Assembly: GCA_973895155.1 (NCBI GenBank)
Contig: OZ316891.1
Location: 248,001 to 312,000 of the forward strand
DNA from: Marsupella aquatica
Lineage: Eukaryota; Plantae; Marchantiophyta
Reading direction: 5' to 3'
Length of the DNA: 64,000 bases
Shown piece after piece: positions 56,726-64,000 of this stretch. Made by a program: the position numbers and the translations under genes. Each line of letters begins with the position of its first letter. The stretch's first letter is position 1. The notes under the pieces were generated by a model. The model saw only the letters and a list, made by a program, of their open reading frames with translations. It ran no database searches and had not been told where the DNA came from.

Positions 56726-59700
56726 ATGATTGAACCTATGCCAAGGGAGGACAGAGCGATTCAACGGGAGAGAGCTCGTCTGCAGTAGCTCGCCGGGTGG
56801 CATGATACACAGCGACTAAGAGGGGCAGAAAGAGCTGGTAGCTTCGAAGCTGGAAGTGGCGTCAAAGAAGACATACGAGAAGAAGAGTCGGTAGGAAGAA
56901 ACGAGTACCCAACCGACATGGGGGAACCAGAGGCACAGCCAGGCGAGAGGCCAGGGACCAGACTGAGCCAACGGTCGCGCATTCATTACAAGGCATTTCA
57001 TGGGAGAGGAGATGAGGATCTGGACGAATGGTTGGATGATTTTGAGGGAACCGCTGCAGCAAATGGAGAATCGGCCATCAAGATGCAGATTCTTCCCGGC
57101 CTGTTCAAGGGTGAGGCTAGGCCTTGGTACAGAGCATTGGATGTGGAAGATCAAGCCATCTGGGATATCTTCAAAACACTATTTGTTAAGGATTTTCGAC
57201 CCATTGGAACTTCAGAACTAGCAGTGCTGAAGTTGGGACGACTTCGGTTCAAGGAGAACAAATCCTTCAGGAAGTTCTTGCAACGCTTTCAGAAACTGGT
57301 AAGACGTACAAAGACCAATGCATCTGAAGGTATGCAACTTCAATGGTTGGTGAATGCTTTGCCATGGAAGATGAGTTTTGCAATTAGGAAGGAGAACCCA
57401 GAGACTTTAGCCGAGGCAATTAAAGATATTCAATTATACATTAATGCAGATATCACAAGCCGGAAGAAACAGCTTAAGTCTGAGAGTTCCTCATCGGAGG
57501 AGGGATCACCCCATAAGAAAAAGGATAAGAAAAAGAAACACTCTAAGAAGTCAAGAAGTGATAACTCAAGCTCAGATAGTGGAAGTAGCAAGAGTGAGTC
57601 ATCCTCTAGTTCTGAAGAAGAAAAAACTAGGAAAAGGAAGGGCAAAAGAAGAGGGAAGACGAAAGTCAAGCTGGAGGCTAAACCACCAGATAACATCGTA
57701 GCCCTTACCGAGCAGCTTAAAGCTATAATAGCAAAGGTAAAACCAAAGAAGAAGGTAGTGCAGGAGGATAGCTCTGTATGGTGTGCCTTATGTTATAAAA
57801 CCGGACACCATAAGATGCATGTCCTAAGCTCAATACTAGTCATGTTCGGCATGTGGCTGAAGTCAGACCATGTCAGGGAGAAGTAGAGTACTTTCTAGGA
57901 GATGCCGCTGATAGTGTTTTCGGCATCAGTGAGACTGGAGCACGAGACCTATCCAACCGACCTGCATCTCTTTGGTCAGGATTAAGGAACAATCCAGGAG
58001 AGATGTATCCTCGGATTATTCAGAATCCGTCAGTACCTCCTAGGTCGAATGTGCAAAGATTTGCGGCATGCTATAATTGTGGTCAACCTGGCCATTTTGC
58101 TAGAGAATGCCCGAATGCACGCAAACAAGGTGATGGACAGCCAGCTCAGCTATGTATGGGATGCCGACAGGAGGGTCACATGCTAGGACAATGTCCTACT
58201 TGGTTGGCGGGATTGGCCGCAAATCATAAGCTCTTGCCGCCAGGTACTACCCCAGGAGGAGTTCAATCAACCATATCGAACTCAGATGGCAAGTGGATGC
58301 CGAGGCAGAATTTGGACCATCTGATGATAAGACCGAGGCCCTATCAACATTTTCAGAAGAGGATATGGATCGTGATTGCTACCGGGTCTCTACTCGATCA
58401 ACCAGAAGGAAGGAAAGGTGGGATGGGCTGGCCAAAAATAAAGGGAAGGTTCAGGAAGAAAAGATCGACTCTTCGTCAACATCAACGGAAGGAGAAGGAA
58501 GGGCACCGTCAACACAGGCAAGCCATGAGCCCACTAGTGAGCCCAATCCTTCACAGGATAGCGACTTCAATCAAGACCACCCTAAGTTGTTCTACCCATC
58601 TATCACGGCTAGTGTTAAGGAACAACTGCGAGAATTAGAAACCCTGGAGAATACTGAAGCCATAGCCAAGGATATGAAACGAGCAAAAGCATTGTTTGCT
58701 TCGGAAGATCCAACGGCTGTGGGGACTAGCGTGACACCACTGGAGAAGCCGATAGTTCCCTATGACCTGGCTAAAGATGTACTAGAATCTAGAGTCTCGG
58801 CAACAGTAGGTCAACTATTGAAAAATAGCCCGTACTTCCGGAAGCAGTTAAGAAAGGCGATCCTCGGCAAGCCAAGATTACCCAAGGTAGCCACCAGATC
58901 CGACGTACTAATGATAGAAGAAGATCAAGGAGCCCCAGCATTACCATTAATGATTCAAAGGAGAAATATTACTACGGGTACCCATCGATGGAGGATCAGG
59001 GGTATGTATTATGATTGATTCAACAGCAAAGGGGTGGGGTCTAACACCGGAAATGACTGGAAGAGTGTTGAACATGGCCAATGGGTATCAGGTCATTCCC
59101 ACGGGAGTGTTAACCGGCATCAAGACAGAGATAGGAGGTATCTTCTTTAGCATTAACTATGTAGTAATGAAGCCGGTAAATCCTACGTCATTCCGGCTAT
59201 TGATTGGTAGGCCGTGGCTATACCTAGCCAAGGTAATAGAGGATTGGGGTAAGAAGGAGTTCACTTTTGGGACCCCCTCTATCACGGTATCCTGGGATAC
59301 CAAGGATGACCGCAGAAGAAACATCAGGGAGGTAGACGGGTACGACAGTGGACTGGAATCAGCCGATGAGGTACGATGGTTAGAATGCCTCGCTGACCAA
59401 ACCAAAGAAAATGTCTTTGGACCAGAGGTATCCCACAGCGGACTATGGCAAGAACCTATGGAGAATGACTTGGAGGATTGTGAAGACGAAGTCGAGGACT
59501 GCTTTGCCATAGAGTCCACCTTTTTAGCTGCAATTCCGGAGGAAGCACAAGAAGTAAGCCAGTTGGATGAAACGGCTAAGGGGGGAGCTATACCCGTGAT
59601 GGTGGATTTTCCTCAAGCGTTGTGGCAGAGCCGGCAGGATCCACAACGCCGTCTATCATCGGCAAGCAATTAAATACCAAGGGATCGGCATACAAGCCAA

Positions 59701-60288
59701 TTACGAGGGCAGAACAAATTGAGGCCCTATTAGAAGCCGGGAGAGCACAGCGGCCTGACCCTCAGGAGGAAGAGGTGGAAGAGATGCACAGACACAATCC
59801 AGAGCCGAGGCAGGAAGGGAAGCCGACTACCAATTCAAAACCGAATAGACCGGCAAGGGGACAATCTGTGGGCACCAAGGGAGAAACCGACTCGGCTAGT
59901 ACAACCAAGATTCCAGTTTATGGAGGTATGAGATTGGAGAGGCTGGAAGCCGAGTTGGACCCAAATTTGAAGAAGCAGATTAATATGATCCAAGCACGGC
60001 AATATCGGAAGCTCGACTTAGGAGAAGGAAGGGAACTGAACTTAGGGAGAGACCTAGCACCTGAGCTTGAGAAAGAGATCAGTGACTTACTGATTGAATT
60101 TCAGGATGTGTTCGCATGGAGTCACCAAGATCTAAAGGGAGTAGATCCAACATTAGGGGAACATCGAATTGATCTCATGTTAGGAGCCAAATCATTCAGA
60201 CAACCAATTTGAAGGATGAATCCTAAGTATTCCCTCATGGTCAAAACAGAAATCGACAAATTAGTGGAAGCCGGATTCATCACTTCAG
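56726..60288 (+). pseudogene. Decayed gag-PR and truncated pol of subfamily B
   Basis: ORF pieces 56918-57886, 57853-58638, 58293-59018, 59011-59673 and 59622-60212 match the family-A proteins. Confidence 0.9.
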
Positions 60289-62382
60289 CAGCACTTAGTA
60301 CGTCTAGAAATGTGCAAATAAACTCTAGATTTGAATCGTTGATCCCTCGATATAGACTGTGACGCCGCCAGCACGGCTGGTAATGAGTTTAATCCATGTT
60401 ACGCATGTCCGAAGTAGATGTAGGAATTTGTAGTTATTAGCATAACAACACAATCTTAGCTAGTCATGATGTTTAGGACGGGTTTAGTAATAATGGGAGT
60501 TCACGCTCGGGTTGGCGGCGCGGCACCTGATCTATGAAGGTCAACCATGATTCCTAGCTTGAAGTTTGTACACGTAGTCAGGAAGTTGGACTAATGCCTC
60601 CCAGATGGTCAAACACTTCTCCCCTTCAAAGAATAACTTGGAGATGGATGTCTCTCTTAGTCAATTGTGTAAGAAACTGTTCATTTACCATGGAATCACA
60701 AGAGAACGTAAAAAACCTTTTGACTTCTGTAACATTTTGTATGGATTATTACAAAGGTTGTATGAATATAGGAGTTCCAAGAGAACTTTTGGATTGTTTA
60801 CAAATTAAATAACCAAGGGGTCCTCGAACTGATTTCAGCAGTAGCTAGGGTACTTATCTTGCTTCGAATCTGTCATCCTTGTAGATCTTGATGATGTAGG
60901 TTTTGATTAGAAAGTACCATTCACTTACATGAAGCTAAAGACAAAGTCTAAACCTTTGGTACGTAACTCTTTCCCGGGGTCTCATTATATGGTGACCCCC
61001 CATCACCTGCAATGTTTTTAGGACCCACACCTTACACCCTAAAACTAAAGAAAAACAATTGTCTTGGAGTGTTTTTACCCCTATTGATTTGGATCATTCT
61101 TGGAAATCAATATACTTTAAACTGTTTATTTTGAACAACCCAATCTTTTCTTATAAGTCTCAAATTAATTTGGATTTAAATGTCCCTAATGTTCATCTAC
61201 ATCAATTTTTAAGTCTTCTCTTCAAACCAATAAAATGATTGTATTCTTTGTCACACGTGCTGTGTCATGTATGTGGAAGTGAAAACCACAAGAACTCTTT
61301 GTACAATGGGCAGGGTTCTGTATTTTTATATGACCTAAAAGGGTGGCTGTAATTATTAGAATTTAAGTCAGAGATCTATAAAGTTTGGTTTTACTCTTTT
61401 ACCCAATAAGATTAAAAAAATTCTAAATTGTTTTAAAATTATAAAATTATAACCAAAGCTGTAATTTAGAAATACCAACATCATTATTTGGGATCTTTTC
61501 TACAACTGAGGGTATCGTTGTATCCCACTGTCTAGTCCTTCTAGAAACTTGATCTTTGAATCAGTCAGGGATGACTATCTGTTATTAGGTCTGGTGTGGC
61601 ATATATGGTTGGAGCAATTGGCTAATTAAGATCAGTCTCTTCAATTCCTCCTATTGATACAAGATGAGGCAATAGTGATTGATATGAATGAGAGGGCACT
61701 GTCATTTGCTTAGGGTACCTTAATTAACTAGCTCGTTCACAATTTAAGCCACACCCCTGTCCACCATATTATTAACCTTGAGATTAACCTCGAGCATGGC
61801 CAAGGAGTTACCAGTAGTATTCTTGGTAGTTGTTACTCGTAAGGTTGCAGAAATTGCCTACATCCGCTTCTATCCGGCTCTGAAGGATGAATAAGTTAAC
61901 TCTTGTTGATCGGGTGCGCATCATGTTCCGGGATAGTACATGTCCATAATACAAGTAAAATTTGAAAATTGTTATGGAAAGCAAGACAGAAAGCTTGGCC
62001 AAAGATTAGGCTCCCTCCCAATCTTACCTAACACAAAAACCTGATCAATGTCACTATTTTTAGATGAAGCCTCGTACCCGTAGTTGGAGCAATTTATGAG
62101 CTCAAATGTGAGCTCGTTGGGAATGTTTGGTTTGAAGTGCCACATGATTACATTGAGGCCTGCATGATCAATAAGGCAGGGACAACGAAGAGGTCTGCAT
62201 GGTTTATGGACAAAGGTGGTGAGACATGATTCTATAATTTGGCTTCAATCCTCATAGCATTGGTAAAGCAACAGAAGCGGGAAAATAGGTAGGACTTCTA
62301 TGAACTGATTTTGATATTCAAAGTCTTTCCAAATCAAACAAGTTTGGTTGTTTTTTTTAGCTGCATTTTTGGATTCCCTGAG

Positions 62383-62474
62383 TTTAGGGTTTAGGGTTTA
62401 AGGGTTTAGGGTTTAGGGGTTTAGGGTTTAGGGTTTAGGGTTTAAACCCTAAACCCTAAACTCTAAACCCTAAA
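62383..62474. repeat. Interstitial telomeric repeats in inverted arrangement, (TTTAGGG)~8 then (CCCTAAA)~4
   Basis: Read directly; strand switch at ~62441-62446 (TTTAAA). Confidence 0.9.
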
Positions 62475-62590
62475 CTTCTGAATTGAGAAGTACAAGAAGT
62501 CACTACACTTGTATAATAAAATTAGACATTGTCACTTGGATCTATTATAGTCCTCACCAGAGTAGATTGATAGATTATTGCCTTGTTCCC

Positions 62591-62747
62591 TCCTCAAAGA
62601 AAGATGTTTACTGGATAACATAAATGCCCTCAAAATCCAAAACTCACAAGTCCTTACTTACAGAGTAATTCCTCAGAGAAAGATGTTTACTGGATAACAC
62701 AAATACCCTCAAAATCCAAACCCACAAGTCCTTACTTACAGAGTAAT
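62591..62747. repeat. ~79-bp tandem duplication
   Basis: TCCTCA..AAAGATGTTTACTGGATAAC...TTACAGAGTAAT occurs twice. Confidence 0.85.
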
Positions 62748-63273
62748 GTTGCGGGACTACATAGACGTAAATAAGCTTTGTTGTGTGTAGATTTATTGGC
62801 CTATCTGCAGTGTACGCCATACACTTGGGGATAGATGTGAGCTACAATGATTGGTACGAGCTAATGGGGATGAAATTAACTAATTCACTTCAAAAGACTC
62901 TATTAAAACAATTTTAGTCTCTACCATGCACAAGTGCAAATTGTATAAGTGCATTCCATGCCAGATTGCGTGGTTATGTGGAGGCCCACCATGTAGTCCC
63001 TTTAATATATATTCCAGCAATTTCACCTCTAAATGCACCCAAAAATGCAGTTTTCATAAGTGCAGGTCTGCCCTCACTAAATGACAAATTCATAAATACG
63101 TTTCCATCTATAAGTGTACATATCCATGTATCACAGCAAAATATACATCACAAGCATCTATTGTAAGCACAGCAGTTACATGAAGTAATCCTATTTTCAT
63201 CCAGTATGACTGAGGGCTGAGTATGGGCCTCAGGGATATGAGGAGTCCTATGTGTCCCGCTATGAGTGTGATC

Positions 63274-63482
63274 TGACAACCCTCATTTGTTCCAGCAATT
63301 TATGATCAACTTTCTGTCTCCAGTCCAATTTTCCACCAGTCTTTGACAACCCTCATTTGTTCCAGCAATTTATGATCAACTTTCTGTCTCCAGTCCAATT
63401 TTCCACTTTGATCTTCGTGCAAGTCTTATGATCCCTTTGCTTCTTCGTGCAAGTCTTATGATCCCTTTGCTTCTTCGTGCAA
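63274..63482. repeat. 70-bp and 30-bp tandem duplications
   Basis: TGACAACCCTCATTTG...TTTTCCAC at 63274 and 63344; TCTTCGTGCAAGTCTTATGATCCCTTTGCT twice from ~63412. Confidence 0.85.
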
Positions 63483-64000
63483 TCACAGAGTTGTAAAGGC
63501 TGAAACAGGGCTTTCAAAGGGATGTTTAGCATTTCGAATCAGAAGCCCCGCAAAAGAAAAGGTTTCTTTGCTCCAAAAGTAAGAATCAATCCTTGACACA
63601 AAATCTTGACGAATGCAAAAAGGGGGCGAGGCAAAATGATAATTCTGCTTGGAGTAATTACATGGAAAAGCAAAGCTTATTCACAACATCTTCAGTCGCT
63701 TGAAGGACACACGGAATTGAAACACAGTCAAAGATTTGTTTTATTCAATTTCCCGAGCCGCATCTGTAAAGGGATGCACTAGTCCAAAGTCTAGAACCAG
63801 GTCAACATCCTTCTTGGCATGTAACTAGGAAGATCCCAGCGAAAGTATAGCTGATTTAGTCGCCCCCAAAGCTGATTCCCTGTGCAAGTGGTAGGTCCCG
63901 GCCATAGTTGATTGTGCTGCAACAACCCAAAGTTCTTGAGTCCACGAGAAATACATATATATGCAGATACATCAAACACGGGAGACAAGACTGTATCACA

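Larger units (their letters stand above)
51487..60288 (+). mobile_element. 3'-truncated subfamily-B gypsy element (5' LTR 51487-56656, PBS 56661, decayed gag-PR, start of pol)
   Basis: TGTGATG start, CACCACA end and the same PBS. Colinear with family A until the early RT region (~60288), then unrelated sequence. Confidence 0.93.

Noticed and set aside
60290-64000. Short ORFs (60594, 61808, 62966, 63791) and a possible LTR terminus (ATCACA) at the window end
   Set aside because: No recognisable motifs or splice-consistent frames; the 6-bp match at the edge cannot be evaluated.

Overview
Intron-containing land-plant DNA (plant TTTAGGG repeats; a bryophyte-like origin is inferred, not shown), made almost entirely of transposable elements. 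(1) Bases 1-24342 are a decayed, multi-copy, large Mutator (MULE)-type DNA-transposon region. It holds a GCM/WRKY-like + DDE transposase, a separate SWIM-finger gene and two kinds of spliced genes that join a ParB/Sulfiredoxin-like domain to a DNA N6A/N4C methyltransferase-like domain. About 30 copies of a 15-bp palindrome (TAGCGCCnGGCGCTA) are scattered through its introns and intergenic DNA. (2) Bases 24343-60288, plus a solo LTR at 7912-12559, are a nest of Ty3/gypsy non-chromovirus retrotransposons with ~4.6-kb LTRs. Each LTR contains a complete ~1200-aa sense ORF (plant-mobile-domain-like region + coiled coil). One near-complete element (29810-45329) has gag-protease and RT-RH-INT ORFs joined by a conserved -1 frameshift/pseudoknot signal. 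A second LTR family (solo LTR 46875-50546, perfect TSD) carries a homologous ORF. (3) The last ~3.7 kb is non-coding, with short tandem duplications and a head-to-head telomeric repeat. All domain calls come from motif recognition by eye and need profile searches.
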